Origin: Patescibacteria group bacterium
Lineage (GTDB): Bacteria; Patescibacteriota; Minisyncoccia; Phycocordibacterales; Phycocordibacteraceae
Direction of reading: 5' to 3'
Assembly: GCA_004322365.1 (NCBI GenBank)
Contig: SCTS01000006.1
Location: 70,201 to 134,200 of the forward strand
DNA: 64,000 nt
Positions 20,060 to 29,873 of the stretch are shown here, in pieces. The notes beneath the pieces were generated by a model that saw nothing but the letters and a program-made list of their open reading frames with translations, had not been told where the DNA came from and searched no databases. The translations under genes were made by a program, and so were the position numbers. Within the stretch, counting starts at the first letter, position 1. Each line of letters opens with the position of its first letter.

Positions 20060-20139
20060 GTGCCAGGTTCTAGGTGCTAGCTTCTAGCTTTTCTGAAATT
20101 TAATTAAAACTAGAACCTAACCCCTAGCACCTAGCACCT
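20057..20139. repeat. Inverted heptamer array
   Basis: (gttctag/gtgctag/cttctag) - spacer - (ctagaac/ctaaccc/ctagcac). Confidence 0.85.
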
Positions 20140-20182
20140 TTGGTTGCTTCTCGAAGCAGGTTGTGCTTTAATACACACCACA

Positions 20183-20434
20183 ATGATTAATGTTTCAGTA
20201 ACAAAGACCGGAACCGAAAATACCATGGGCTTGGTACGCCGTTTCTCAAAACGAGTACTCGGAGCTGGAATTATCCGTCGCGTCAAAAATAACCGATACC
20301 GCCAACGCGAACTATCGCAGAGTAAGCGCCGTGCCGGAGCGCTCCGCCGTATCGCTAAGCATGAAAAATCAGCTACTTTGGAGAGACTCGGTCTCGTTGA
20401 TCCAAATGCCCGTGTTCAAAAGCGCGCAAAATAA
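20183..20434 (+). CDS. rpsU: 30S ribosomal protein S21
   Basis: VSVTK..EN..GLVRRFSKRVLGAGIIRRVK; basic; start at ATG 20183. Confidence 0.7.
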   Translation: MINVSVTKTGTENTMGLVRRFSKRVLGAGIIRRVKNNRYRQRELSQSKRRAGALRRIAKHEKSATLERLGLVDPNARVQKRAK

Positions 20435-20466
20435 AACAGTGGTCAGATTTTAGAGAGGAGCAAGAA

Positions 20467-20856
20467 ATGAATTTCGCAATCACAAATACTGCAAGGCACT
20501 CACTACCACGAGTGCCTTTTTCAATGATGAAAAGAAAAGTGCTTGGGAAAGAGTATGCACTCTCACTTGTTTTCGTCCCGCCACGAAAAATGCAGGAACT
20601 AAATCGGCAATACCGCAGGAAAAATGTCCCGACTGACATTCTTTCCTTCCCTCTATCCAAAAAAACTGGAGAAATATACATCTGTATGAGTGTGGTCAAA
20701 AAAAAGGCACCACAGTTTGGAATGAATACCTCTACCTACCTTCCTTTCCTTTTCGTACATGGAATGCTCCACTTACAAGGGCATGACCACAGCAAAAAAA
20801 TGGAAGCGCTTGAGCGAAAATTCTGCAAACTGTTGAGAATTGCGAGTCCTTACTAA
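20467..20856 (+). CDS. ybeY: rRNA maturation RNase YbeY
   Basis: LNRQYR...PTDILSF, GEIYI, HGMLHLQGHDH. Confidence 0.93.
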   Translation: MNFAITNTARHSLPRVPFSMMKRKVLGKEYALSLVFVPPRKMQELNRQYRRKNVPTDILSFPLSKKTGEIYICMSVVKKKAPQFGMNTSTYLPFLFVHGMLHLQGHDHSKKMEALERKFCKLLRIASPY

Positions 20857-20909
20857 GGGTATGCGTGATAGGATAAGTTTGACGACAACGTTTTGTGGTA
20901 AAAACCACA

Positions 20910-21000
20910 TGATCCCTACGGATCCGACGATTAGCGTCATGATCCCTTCGGACCCGACGAAGCGTCGCCTATCCCCTAACCACTAACCCCTATCCCCTAG
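20910..21000 (+). repeat. Two tandem TGATCCCT hairpin repeats followed by heptamers
   Basis: tgatccctacggatccgacgattagcgtc + tgatcccttcggacccgacgaagcgtcgccta + ctatccc/ctaacca/ctaaccc. Confidence 0.85.
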
Positions 21001-21005
21001 TTACA

Positions 21006-22178
21006 ATGGCACCCCGTATCGCAGTTGGCATCGATATTGGCACCTATCAGGTGCGCGTTGTCATTGCGCGTGAATCGGCAGACCGAACTTCTCTATTTCC
21101 TAAAATCATAGGCACCGGGTACGCAGAGTCAAAAGGTCTTCGACATGGCTACATTGTAAACGCAGACGATGTAGCTCGATCAATTCGCATTGCCGCAGCA
21201 CAGGCTTCAGAATTTGCAGGTGTAAAAATAAAAACTGCCTTTCTCTCTATCGGTGGCATTGGACTTGATGAAGTACGAGGCAAAGGAGACGCAATTATTT
21301 CTCGAGCTGACGCTGAGGTTACTGATCTTGATATCGAAAAAGCGATTGACGCATCTCGTGAAAATGTATCAGGAAGACTAGTAAACAGAAAAATTCTCCA
21401 CACCGTGCCTTTGGTGTTTTCAATAGATGGTTCAGAAGTGTTAGGTCGCCCACACGGCATGAAAGGAACAAAACTTTCTGTCGAAACACTGTTCGTGACC
21501 TGCTTAGAGCAACATGTAAACGACCTCATTGAATCCGTTGAGCGAGCTGATATTGCCGTGGCTGATACTATGGCGTCACCTCTCGCAGGATCCATCATTA
21601 CTCTTTCAAATGCTGAAAAAAAAGCCGGGTGTGTTCTTGCAAACATAGGCGCTGAAACAGTTTCAATAGTTGTATTTGATAACGGTATGCCGGTATCACT
21701 GAAAGTATTTCGCATTGGCTCGATGGACATCACAAAAGATATTGCCTTGGGACTCAGAATCTCGCTTGATGAAGCGGAGCAATTGAAACTCGGTGCAATA
21801 ACCAACGCTACCTACTCAAAGAAAAAATTTGATGACATCTTGACTGCGCGACTCACTGATATCTTTGAACTCATCGATGGTCATTTAAAAAAACTTGGTA
21901 AAGATCAACTACTCCCTGCAGGCATTGTTCTTTCAGGAGGTGGTTCCGGTATTGGCCCTATAAAAGAAATCGCGGAGTCAGCGCTGAAACTCCATTCGAA
22001 AATTGCATCACTCAACATTGCGAGTGATGCAAAAATAAAAGATTCGTCATGGGCAGTAGCGTATGGACTCACTATATGGGGACTCACCGGTGATAATTTC
22101 GCTCGTCCTACTGCTGGCATCGCCATCAAAGAAGTAAGCAACTCCGTTATGGGATTCTTGCGACAGTTTTTACCCTAA
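21006..22178 (+). CDS. ftsA: Cell division protein FtsA
   Basis: GIDIGT, SKGLRHG, NIGAET, ITKDIA, AGIVLSGGGS; upstream of ftsZ. Confidence 0.95.
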   Translation: MAPRIAVGIDIGTYQVRVVIARESADRTSLFPKIIGTGYAESKGLRHGYIVNADDVARSIRIAAAQASEFAGVKIKTAFLSIGGIGLDEVRGKGDAIISRADAEVTDLDIEKAIDASRENVSGRLVNRKILHTVPLVFSIDGSEVLGRPHGMKGTKLSVETLFVTCLEQHVNDLIESVERADIAVADTMASPLAGSIITLSNAEKKAGCVLANIGAETVSIVVFDNGMPVSLKVFRIGSMDITKDIALGLRISLDEAEQLKLGAITNATYSKKKFDDILTARLTDIFELIDGHLKKLGKDQLLPAGIVLSGGGSGIGPIKEIAESALKLHSKIASLNIASDAKIKDSSWAVAYGLTIWGLTGDNFARPTAGIAIKEVSNSVMGFLRQFLP

Positions 22179-22197
22179 CATCTCATCCTATTCTGTT

Positions 22198-22242
22198 TTT
22201 AATGAAAATGAACGACCTACGAGGTCGTTCATTTTCATTAAA
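22198..22242. repeat. Long near-perfect hairpin between ftsA and ftsZ
   Basis: tttaatgaaaatgaacgacct-acg-aggtcgttcattttcattaaa. Confidence 0.8.
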
Positions 22243-22336
22243 TAACGAATCAATTTGATAAAAAAGTCAAACATTGCAACGAGGGTTCATTTTCTCTATT
22301 ATAAGGCGACTAGCTTAATAACACTCAAAAAACACC

Positions 22337-23515
22337 ATGGTACAGGTACATTCAGAAATGGAGTCATCAGCACGAATTCGCGTCATCGGTATCGGCGGTT
22401 CTGGTAAAAATGCCATCAACCACATGGTTGCATCGAAAGTAAAAGGGGTTGATTTCATCGTGATCAACACCGATGCACAAGACCTCCAGCAGTCAGCGGC
22501 AAAAGCAAAAATCCACATTGGGAAAAATCTCACACGAGGCCTCGGCGCTGGAATGAATCCAGCAGTTGGCAAGCGCGCCGCTGAAGAAACACAATCTGAA
22601 ATCCAAGACACGCTCCGCGGATCCGACATGGTCTTTATTGCAGGAGGTATGGGTGGAGGTACTTGTACAGGTGCCGCACCTATCGTTGCAAAAATTGCAA
22701 AAGAAACTGGTGCGCTCACAGTAGCGGTTGTTACCAAGCCGTTCTCATTTGAAGGTCAGCAACGCATGCGCCTTGCAGAACAAGGTCTTGATGAACTCCG
22801 CAAAGAAGTCGACGCTTTAATTGTCATTCCTAACGACCGCCTGCTTGCTGTCGTTGATCAAAACACAACGGTACGAAGTGCATTCGCACTCTGCGATGAA
22901 GTATTGCGACAAGCAGTCGAAGGTGTGTCGGACCTCATCACCACACCAGGCAACATCAACCTCGACTTCGCTGACATCAAATCAATCATGGAAGATGCGG
23001 GCTCTGCTTTGATGGGCGTCGGTATTGCACAAGGCGATAAGCGAGCAGAAGAAGCAGCTCGTTTGGCAATCAACTCCCCTCTCCTCGATATTTCTATCAA
23101 CGGCGCAAAAGGCGTCTTGCTCTCAATTGCTGGAGGTGAAGACTTGGGACTTCTTGAGGTACAGGCCGCAGCACAAATTGTCACTGAATCAATCGACAAA
23201 AATGCAAAAGTCATCTTTGGCACATCAAAAGATGAGCGACTTAAGAAGGGCGAAGTTCGTGTAACCGTCATTGCAACTGGATTCCCTGAAGAGACACCAA
23301 GTGTGCACGGGCAACCTCTCTTCCAAATCGGTGCAAAGAAAGAGAAGAAAGAAGAGGAGGCAGGAAAAATATACAATACTATAATGCCAAGTCGGGTGGA
23401 TGACGAGGAGATCGTTCCGCCAGTACGACGCGACATGCCAGCACCAAAACCAGCCGAAGAAGATGATGAATGGGCAGCAGTTCCTGCATTCTTGCGCAGA
23501 AATCGTAAGAACTAG
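22337..23515 (+). CDS. ftsZ: Cell division protein FtsZ
   Basis: GIGGSGKNA, INTDAQ, GLGAG, GGGTCTG, NLDFAD, C-terminal VPAFLRR. Confidence 0.97.
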   Translation: MVQVHSEMESSARIRVIGIGGSGKNAINHMVASKVKGVDFIVINTDAQDLQQSAAKAKIHIGKNLTRGLGAGMNPAVGKRAAEETQSEIQDTLRGSDMVFIAGGMGGGTCTGAAPIVAKIAKETGALTVAVVTKPFSFEGQQRMRLAEQGLDELRKEVDALIVIPNDRLLAVVDQNTTVRSAFALCDEVLRQAVEGVSDLITTPGNINLDFADIKSIMEDAGSALMGVGIAQGDKRAEEAARLAINSPLLDISINGAKGVLLSIAGGEDLGLLEVQAAAQIVTESIDKNAKVIFGTSKDERLKKGEVRVTVIATGFPEETPSVHGQPLFQIGAKKEKKEEEAGKIYNTIMPSRVDDEEIVPPVRRDMPAPKPAEEDDEWAAVPAFLRRNRKN

Positions 23516-23712
23516 TAACGAGGATTTGTAGTCAGAGAGAGAGAAAGAAAGCTGGAATATTCCAGCTTTCTTTATATGTTGGAGAGTTGGGGATTTCTTT
23601 TTTCTTGCTGTTTAAAGCCAAAAGCTATATTCAAGAATACAGCCGTCGCTCTCTCAGGAAAGAGAATTCTGATTCTCTTTCCTCTCGCTTCACTATGCTG
23701 TAAACTAGAAAC

Positions 23713-23825
23713 TAAAGTCAGGAGCCGCGCTTTAATGGACGCGGGTCGGGCTTCAATGAACAGTGCTGGGTCGCCCCTTAATTGACGTGGGGGCGACCCG
23801 AAGTCGCTACTTCGTCTGCTGAATC
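23713..23825 (+). ncRNA. Candidate structured 5' leader or small RNA upstream of trxB
   Basis: GC-rich stems ccgcg/cgcgg, gggtcgcccc/ggggcgaccc and cgaagt/acttcg after a TAAACT -10-like box; no Rfam family recognised. Confidence 0.35.
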
Positions 23826-23844
23826 ACATATTTCACTAAATCAA

Positions 23845-24768
23845 ATGTACGATGTTGCAATAATTGGAGGTGGCCCAGGAGGCTCAGCGGCAGGCGTATA
23901 CGCAGCACGCAAACTTTTAAAAACAGTACTGATTACTGATCTTTTTGGCGGACAAAGTGTTGTTTCAGAGGAAATACAAAACTGGATTGGCACACCAGCA
24001 ATATCGGGCGCACAGCTTGCAAAGGACCTTGAAGCACATGTGCGCGCATATGCAGGCTCCGTTGTCGATATTGTTACAGGAGAGCGTGTGCTCAAGGTTG
24101 CTTCAGAAGATGGACATTTCACCATCACCACAAAGACTGGTAAGTCCTACAATGCAAAAACTGTACTCGTAACAGCCGGCGGCGCAAGACGAAAACTTGA
24201 TGTTCCGGGTGCTCATGAGTTCGACAACAAAGGAGTCACCTACTGTGCATCTTGCGACGGGCCACTGTTTAGCGGAAGTGATGTTGTAGTCATCGGCGGA
24301 GGTAATGCTGGGTTTGAAACAGCCGCCCAACTTTTGGCATACGCAAAAAGCGTTACACTCTTACACCGAGGAGAACAATACGCCGCTGACCCTGTCACCG
24401 TTGAGAAAGTATTAGCACACCCAAACATGCGCGGACTGCTAAACGCTGAAACGCTTGAAATCACTGGAGAGAAGTTTGTGAACGGTCTTCGGTATAAAAA
24501 TCTCGTCACTGGGGCGGAATCTACGCTCGCTGTTTCAGGAATATTTGTTGAAATCGGCATGGTTCCCTCAACTGAATTCGTTGACGGCTTAGTTGAGCTC
24601 GATCAATACAGACGCATTATTATTGATCACAAGACACAACAAACATCGTGCACAGGAATTTGGGCTGCTGGTGATTGCACTAGTAGCTTGTACCATCAAA
24701 ACAACATCGCCGCAGGAGATGCAGTGAAGGCACTAGAAGACATCTATGTTCATTTGAAAACTAAATAG
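23845..24768 (+). CDS. trxB: Thioredoxin reductase
   Basis: GGGPGG, GVTYCASCDG, GGGNAG, GIWAAGD; start at ATG 23845. Confidence 0.88.
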   Translation: MYDVAIIGGGPGGSAAGVYAARKLLKTVLITDLFGGQSVVSEEIQNWIGTPAISGAQLAKDLEAHVRAYAGSVVDIVTGERVLKVASEDGHFTITTKTGKSYNAKTVLVTAGGARRKLDVPGAHEFDNKGVTYCASCDGPLFSGSDVVVIGGGNAGFETAAQLLAYAKSVTLLHRGEQYAADPVTVEKVLAHPNMRGLLNAETLEITGEKFVNGLRYKNLVTGAESTLAVSGIFVEIGMVPSTEFVDGLVELDQYRRIIIDHKTQQTSCTGIWAAGDCTSSLYHQNNIAAGDAVKALEDIYVHLKTK

Positions 24769-24777
24769 AATCTACAC

Positions 24778-25716
24778 ATGAAGATCTTCATTTCAGGTTC
24801 TCTCGCTTACGACCGCATCATGGACTATAAAGGTCTTTTTGGTGATCATATCCTGCCGGAAAAAATCCACGACATCAATGTGAGCTTCTATGTAGACTCT
24901 CTAGAAGAGTCCTACGGAGGTACTGCAGGCAACATTGCTTACACACTCTCCCTCCTCGGTGATGAAGCTGTCATAGTGGCGAATGCGGGAAACGACTTTG
25001 AGCCATATATGAAGTGGATGACCTCACACCACATTGGGACTGGACGCATACGCATCAACGGAAATCTCCGCACCGCATTCGCCACCGTTATGACAGACCA
25101 AAAGTACAATCAAATCAGTGCTTTCTATCCAGGTGCTATGCGATTACCTTACGCACTCAACGAACACACAATCGACAAAGATTCTTTTGTCATCGTTGCC
25201 CCTGGCAACCCAGAAGATATGCGTGCCATCCCTGAATTTTGTCGCACACACGGTATTCCATTTATGTTTGATCCAGGTCAACAAATCAGCAACATCTCTG
25301 ACGACGACATCAAAAAAGGTATGGAAGGTGCGAAGGTTTGTATTGTAAACGACTATGAGCGAGCACTCATCACAAAGAAAACGGGGTGGAGCGCAGAAGA
25401 AATGCTCACGCACACAGAAATCCTTGTAACTACCTTTGGTGGAGAAGGCTCAGAAATACGAAAAGGCAACATGATTATTAAAGTTCCAGCAGGAACTCCT
25501 AAGAGCACTATTGACCCAACTGGTGCAGGAGACGCATACCGTGCAGGCTTTATGCATGGGCTTTTGAAAGGCTGGACACTCGAAACCATAGGCAAGTTTG
25601 CAGGACTCGTCGCCTGCTATACAGTGGAGTTACGAGGAACCCAAACCCATATCTTTAATCCAATAAGCTTGGGGGCGCGTTATAAAGAAAATTTTAAAGA
25701 ATCACTACCTTCATAA
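24778..25716 (+). CDS. PfkB-family carbohydrate/nucleoside kinase (adenosine kinase-like)
   Basis: [38 protein letters not shown]. Confidence 0.88.
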   Translation: MKIFISGSLAYDRIMDYKGLFGDHILPEKIHDINVSFYVDSLEESYGGTAGNIAYTLSLLGDEAVIVANAGNDFEPYMKWMTSHHIGTGRIRINGNLRTAFATVMTDQKYNQISAFYPGAMRLPYALNEHTIDKDSFVIVAPGNPEDMRAIPEFCRTHGIPFMFDPGQQISNISDDDIKKGMEGAKVCIVNDYERALITKKTGWSAEEMLTHTEILVTTFGGEGSEIRKGNMIIKVPAGTPKSTIDPTGAGDAYRAGFMHGLLKGWTLETIGKFAGLVACYTVELRGTQTHIFNPISLGARYKENFKESLPS

Positions 25717-25718
25717 AT

Positions 25719-26975
25719 ATGGAATACGACATTAAAGATATAGCTCTCGCACCCCTTGGAAAGAAAAGAATCGAATGGGCAGAACGAGACATGCCAGTGT
25801 TGCGCGATGTCCGCGCACAATTTGAAAAAGAACTCCCGTTTAAAGACATGAACTTTTCAGCATGCCTTCATGTCACCGCTGAAACCGCAAATCTCATGCG
25901 TACATTGAAAGCTGGTGGCGCCAATGTACTGTTGGTAGCCTCTAATCCCCTTTCAACACAAGACGATGTCGCAGCGAGCTTAGTTGAAGACTATGGCATC
26001 CCTGTGTATGCCATTCGTGCTGAAAACAAAGAAAAATTCTTCTCACACATCGAAGCTGCAATTGCGCATAACCCCGTCATCACCATGGATGACGGAGCAG
26101 ACCTCATAACCACCATTCATCGCGACCACCCTGAGAAAGCAACACAAATTATGGGAAGCATGGAGGAAACAACTACGGGTGTCATTCGCCTTCGCGCTAT
26201 GGCAAAAGATGGCGCATTAAAAATCCCTGTTGTTGCCGTAAACGATGCAAAAACAAAAAATCTTTTTGATAACCGCTACGGTACCGGCCAATCAACACTG
26301 GACGGCATCATTCGTGCAACTGATGCTCTCATCGCTGGAAAAGTCGTTGTGGTTGGAGGATACGGCTGGTGCGGACGAGGGTTTGCAATGCGCGCTCGCG
26401 GTATGGGAGCTCGCACCGTAGTTACCGAAGTTGACTCTATTAAGGCACTTGAAGCAGTTATGGACGGGTTTGAGGTCATGCCTATGAAAGAGGCCGCTAA
26501 GATTGGCGACATCTTCTGCACACTTACAGGGGACATCAATGTCATCGACAAAGCCCACTTCCCTGCCATGAAAGACGGAGCCATTCTCTGTAACTCAGGT
26601 CACTTTGATGTAGAAATAAACCTCAAAGCTCTCGAAGCAATGGCTGAAAAGGTCACTAAAGATGTTCGTAAAAATGTTGATGAATACCTCGTGGGAGGCA
26701 AAAGACTCTATGTCATTGGTGAAGGACGCTTAGTAAACCTCGCAGCCGCTGAAGGTCATCCTGCATCAGTTATGGATATGAGCTTTGCCACACAAGCACT
26801 TGCTTCGTCGTGGGTAGTAGCAAACAAAGCAACATTGAAAGCTGGAGTATACGAAATTGATCCAGAAATAGAAAACCGTGTTGCTAATTTGAAACTCGCT
26901 TCCATGGGTATCTCTGTCGACACACTCACCGAAGAACAAAAGCACTACCTCTCAAGCTGGGAAGAGGGAACCTAG
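25719..26975 (+). CDS. ahcY: Adenosylhomocysteinase
   Basis: [53 protein letters not shown]. Confidence 0.97.
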   Translation: MEYDIKDIALAPLGKKRIEWAERDMPVLRDVRAQFEKELPFKDMNFSACLHVTAETANLMRTLKAGGANVLLVASNPLSTQDDVAASLVEDYGIPVYAIRAENKEKFFSHIEAAIAHNPVITMDDGADLITTIHRDHPEKATQIMGSMEETTTGVIRLRAMAKDGALKIPVVAVNDAKTKNLFDNRYGTGQSTLDGIIRATDALIAGKVVVVGGYGWCGRGFAMRARGMGARTVVTEVDSIKALEAVMDGFEVMPMKEAAKIGDIFCTLTGDINVIDKAHFPAMKDGAILCNSGHFDVEINLKALEAMAEKVTKDVRKNVDEYLVGGKRLYVIGEGRLVNLAAAEGHPASVMDMSFATQALASSWVVANKATLKAGVYEIDPEIENRVANLKLASMGISVDTLTEEQKHYLSSWEEGT

Positions 26976-27037
26976 GCTAGGTTCTAGGTGATAGGTTCCA
27001 GCTTTCAGGCGATGAGGCATCGCCTTCGAAGGGACCA
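26973..27037 (-). repeat. TGRTCCCT hairpin repeat plus heptamers, minus orientation
   Basis: Minus strand reads tggtcccttcgaaggcgatgcctcatcgc ctgaaag ctggaac ctatcac ctagaac. Confidence 0.75.
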
Positions 27038-27064
27038 TAAGAAAAACAGAGTAAAAATACCCTA

Positions 27065-27100
27065 TATAGTATAATTTAACGACCGTTAGATTATCCTATA
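27065..27100. repeat. Palindrome of the TAACGACCGTTA family, copy 2
   Basis: tatagtataatttaacgaccgttagattatcctata. Confidence 0.7.
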
Positions 27101-27152
27101 CAAGGTATTTCAAAATGTCGCCGTGCATTTTTGATGCGAGATGCCTTTCAAT

Positions 27153-28241
27153 TTAAATAGGAGCCTGAATCCCCTTTTCTTTCTGAGCTGCAGTAAGTAA
27201 AACTTCAGGCTTCCCGTTTTCGTCAATTCGAGCAAAAAATAAGTGCTCCGTAAGTGTGGCATTTGCTACATCATAGTTAGACACATCTACTATTTCAGGC
27301 TTTTGTCTTTCCTCTGGCAATGGCACTCGTCGCAACCGATCGACTAATCTATTTGCATAGACCATATAAATAGTTTTACGTCTCTCATACTTTGCTTCAA
27401 TACCCTTCACTTCGCCTTCGCGTTCGTTCTCTACACATGGGTCTATCAGAAGTACCGCATCTTGGCCACGAAACAACATTCCTTCAAATGCATGTTCGAA
27501 ATCTTCGTTACCACCTACTGGTTCAAGCTTTCCGTTAATTTCAACCTTACCGGCAAGGGCATTATCGGCGATACCAGAAAAATGAGTATCCTGGGACACC
27601 ATTGAGAGCGCATTATTAGGAAATGCCCGACTCACATTTTCAATCGCAATTTTAGTTGTACCGTCTATTGCTCCTTGTGGAATTGAAAAATCATGAACCC
27701 CTCCCATCATGGAGCCAACAATAGCGAGACCTCCTGGTTTTTTCTTCTCCCATGCATCATAAACAGTTTGCATGCCGACCATCTGTCGATACAACACCTT
27801 TGGTCGTGCAGTAACATCGTAACTAGTGAAAACGGCACGCGACTCATTTAAACCGCTCTGTACTGAGTTCAACATGTCGACGTAACTAAAAGTCCCTTTC
27901 GACTCGCTTTTGTCACCAATGAGTTTCGCTCCAAGACGTGCACGTCGCTTCGTAGTAACGGGACTCACCCACACAACGTCAAGACCCGATTTTTGTAGTA
28001 TTTCTTTTCCCTCCGGCGACAAATCTTCATTTGAAATAATTTTTACCTGTGGGGGTTTTGGTGTGAGAGTACCAAGCGTCGATACAAAATGAGATACGGT
28101 ATCCACCTGATGCTTAAATACAGCTAGTGACGCCTCATCAAAATCACCAACTTTAAACACACGAACCCCTACTGCTGTAGCAGTTAGCTGTCCTTGTTCA
28201 AAATTGTTTAATAGTGGGTTGAGTTGTAGTTTTTCACTCAT
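27153..28241 (-). CDS. Hypothetical protein
   Basis: 362 aa ORF with its own upstream TATAAT; no family recognised. Confidence 0.7.
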   Translation of the reverse strand: MSEKLQLNPLLNNFEQGQLTATAVGVRVFKVGDFDEASLAVFKHQVDTVSHFVSTLGTLTPKPPQVKIISNEDLSPEGKEILQKSGLDVVWVSPVTTKRRARLGAKLIGDKSESKGTFSYVDMLNSVQSGLNESRAVFTSYDVTARPKVLYRQMVGMQTVYDAWEKKKPGGLAIVGSMMGGVHDFSIPQGAIDGTTKIAIENVSRAFPNNALSMVSQDTHFSGIADNALAGKVEINGKLEPVGGNEDFEHAFEGMLFRGQDAVLLIDPCVENEREGEVKGIEAKYERRKTIYMVYANRLVDRLRRVPLPEERQKPEIVDVSNYDVANATLTEHLFFARIDENGKPEVLLTAAQKEKGIQAPI

Positions 28242-28287
28242 ATGTATTTATAGATTTATTATAACACATATTTCCCTTTATTACAAC

Positions 28288-28911
28288 TCATCGGGAGCGA
28301 TTACCCTCGTCGGCGAGGCGCCACAAGTACCACGAAGCAACGGTGCGGTATGGACGCCACGGTTCAGCAAGACGCTCCATTTTCTGTGAGTCAGGCAACT
28401 CCTTCATCTTAAAAAGTTTTTGAAATCCTTTACGAATGCCCAAGTCCCCCGTTGGTAAAACATCAGGGCGGTTTAGGGCAAACATAAGAAACATATCAGC
28501 GCTCCACCTCCCAATACCTTTGACCGCAATCAAATGCTGGCGTATCTCTTCGTCAGTCATTGCTTTAAATTTCTTCGGCTCAATCGTTCCGTCTAAAAAC
28601 TTCTTTGATAAATCTTTTATATATTCAGTTTTTTGCCCCGAAAGCCCAACGCCTCTCATTTTTGCAACGCTCGTTTTTAGAACAGCTTCTGGTTTGGGAT
28701 ACCCTGCCCCAGGAAAAAGTTCAAGAAATCTTCTGAGTATTGTCCCCGCCGCTTTCCCAGAAAGTTGCTGATACACAATAGAACGCACGAGCGCTTCATA
28801 GACATTCCGTGCAGGCTTAAAATCCGGCTTTGGATTCTTTTTCACTACATCCCCTAAGCGCGTATCCTTGCGAAGATACTTGAGAGCAGTCGTTAGATTC
28901 GTTGAATTCAT
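28288..28911 (-). CDS. alkA: DNA-3-methyladenine glycosylase II (HhH-GPD)
   Basis: SIVYQQLS, VKGIGRWSADM, DVLPTGDLG, WRPYRT; start moved downstream of tRNA-Ser. Confidence 0.88.
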   Translation of the reverse strand: MNSTNLTTALKYLRKDTRLGDVVKKNPKPDFKPARNVYEALVRSIVYQQLSGKAAGTILRRFLELFPGAGYPKPEAVLKTSVAKMRGVGLSGQKTEYIKDLSKKFLDGTIEPKKFKAMTDEEIRQHLIAVKGIGRWSADMFLMFALNRPDVLPTGDLGIRKGFQKLFKMKELPDSQKMERLAEPWRPYRTVASWYLWRLADEGNRSR

Positions 28912-28917
28912 TGTGGG

Positions 28918-29004
28918 CGGAGAGGGAGAGATTCGAACTCTCGGTACAGTTTCCCATACGCCACATTTCGAGTGTGGTGCCTTCGACCACTCAGCCACCT
29001 CTCC
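28918..29004 (-). tRNA. tRNA-Ser(CGA)
   Basis: GGAGAGG/CCTCTCC acceptor, CCACA-CTCGAAA-TGTGG, long variable arm, G discriminator. Confidence 0.95.
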
Positions 29005-29120
29005 AAAAATACCTGTAGAACTTGCAGATTCTAGCATTTTTGGTTGGAAATGCTATATTTTCTGCTTCGGCCTCAACCTTTTCTGGGTTGGCCGAACATC
29101 CTGCTCGGCAGTATGTTGTA

Positions 29121-29195
29121 GGCCCCATCGTCTAACGGTTAGGACACAAGCTTTTCAAGCTTGGAACCCGGGTTCGATTCCCGGTGGGGTCACCA
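29121..29195 (+). tRNA. tRNA-Glu(TTC), CCA encoded
   Basis: GGCCCCA/TGGGGTC acceptor, CAAGC-TTTTCAA-GCTTG. Confidence 0.95.
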
Positions 29196-29196
29196 A

Positions 29197-29868
29197 ATGG
29201 AAAAAAGTTATAAATATTTGACCGCTCTGAGCGTTTTTTTTGTGTCAGTGTTACTGATCTCAAACATAGCGTCAACAAAAATTGTCGACTTCGGCTGGTT
29301 TACTTTTGACGGAGGAACTCTCCTCTTTCCTCTCAGCTACATCTTCGGCGACATTATGACCGAAGTGTATGGCTATAAGAAAGCGAGAGATGTTATATGG
29401 CTTGGCTTCATTTCTGCATTAGTAATGTCGATAGTATTTATGATTGTCGGAGCATTACCACCAGCGGCGGACTGGGGAAACCAAGCGGCATACGACGCCA
29501 TTCTCGGCCTCACTCCTCGCATAGTGCTCGCAAGCTTGTGTGCATATTTTTGTGGCTCATTTTCAAATTCCTTCATTCTTGCGAAAATGAAGATTTTCAC
29601 AAAAGGAAAATTGCTTTGGACAAGAACTATCGGCTCAACGGTGGTTGGAGAACTTGTCGACAGCACTCTTTTTATTTTAATAGCTTTTTGGGGCGTATTG
29701 CCAGGGGTACTCTTGGTGACCCTTATAGTTTCTAACTATATCTTTAAAACCCTTGTGGAGGTGCTGTTCACTCCGCTCACATACAAAGTTATTACTTTCC
29801 TCAAAAAGAAAGAGCAAGAAGATTATTACGATACCGCCACCAATTTCAATCCGTTTGCTGTAAAATAA
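29197..29868 (+). CDS. Queuosine precursor transporter (YhhQ/VUT family)
   Basis: SNIASTK, FPLSYIFGDIMTEVYG, PRIVLASL, RTIGSTVVGELVDS. Confidence 0.9.
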   Translation: MEKSYKYLTALSVFFVSVLLISNIASTKIVDFGWFTFDGGTLLFPLSYIFGDIMTEVYGYKKARDVIWLGFISALVMSIVFMIVGALPPAADWGNQAAYDAILGLTPRIVLASLCAYFCGSFSNSFILAKMKIFTKGKLLWTRTIGSTVVGELVDSTLFILIAFWGVLPGVLLVTLIVSNYIFKTLVEVLFTPLTYKVITFLKKKEQEDYYDTATNFNPFAVK

Positions 29869-29873
29869 AAAAT

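Noticed and set aside
23713-23825. Canonical SAH riboswitch or SRP RNA
   Set aside because: The conserved motifs of either family could not be found by eye; kept only as an unnamed candidate.
29040-29196. preQ1 riboswitch before the queuosine precursor transporter
   Set aside because: The upstream sequence is tRNA-Glu plus an unrelated hairpin; no preQ1 motif seen.
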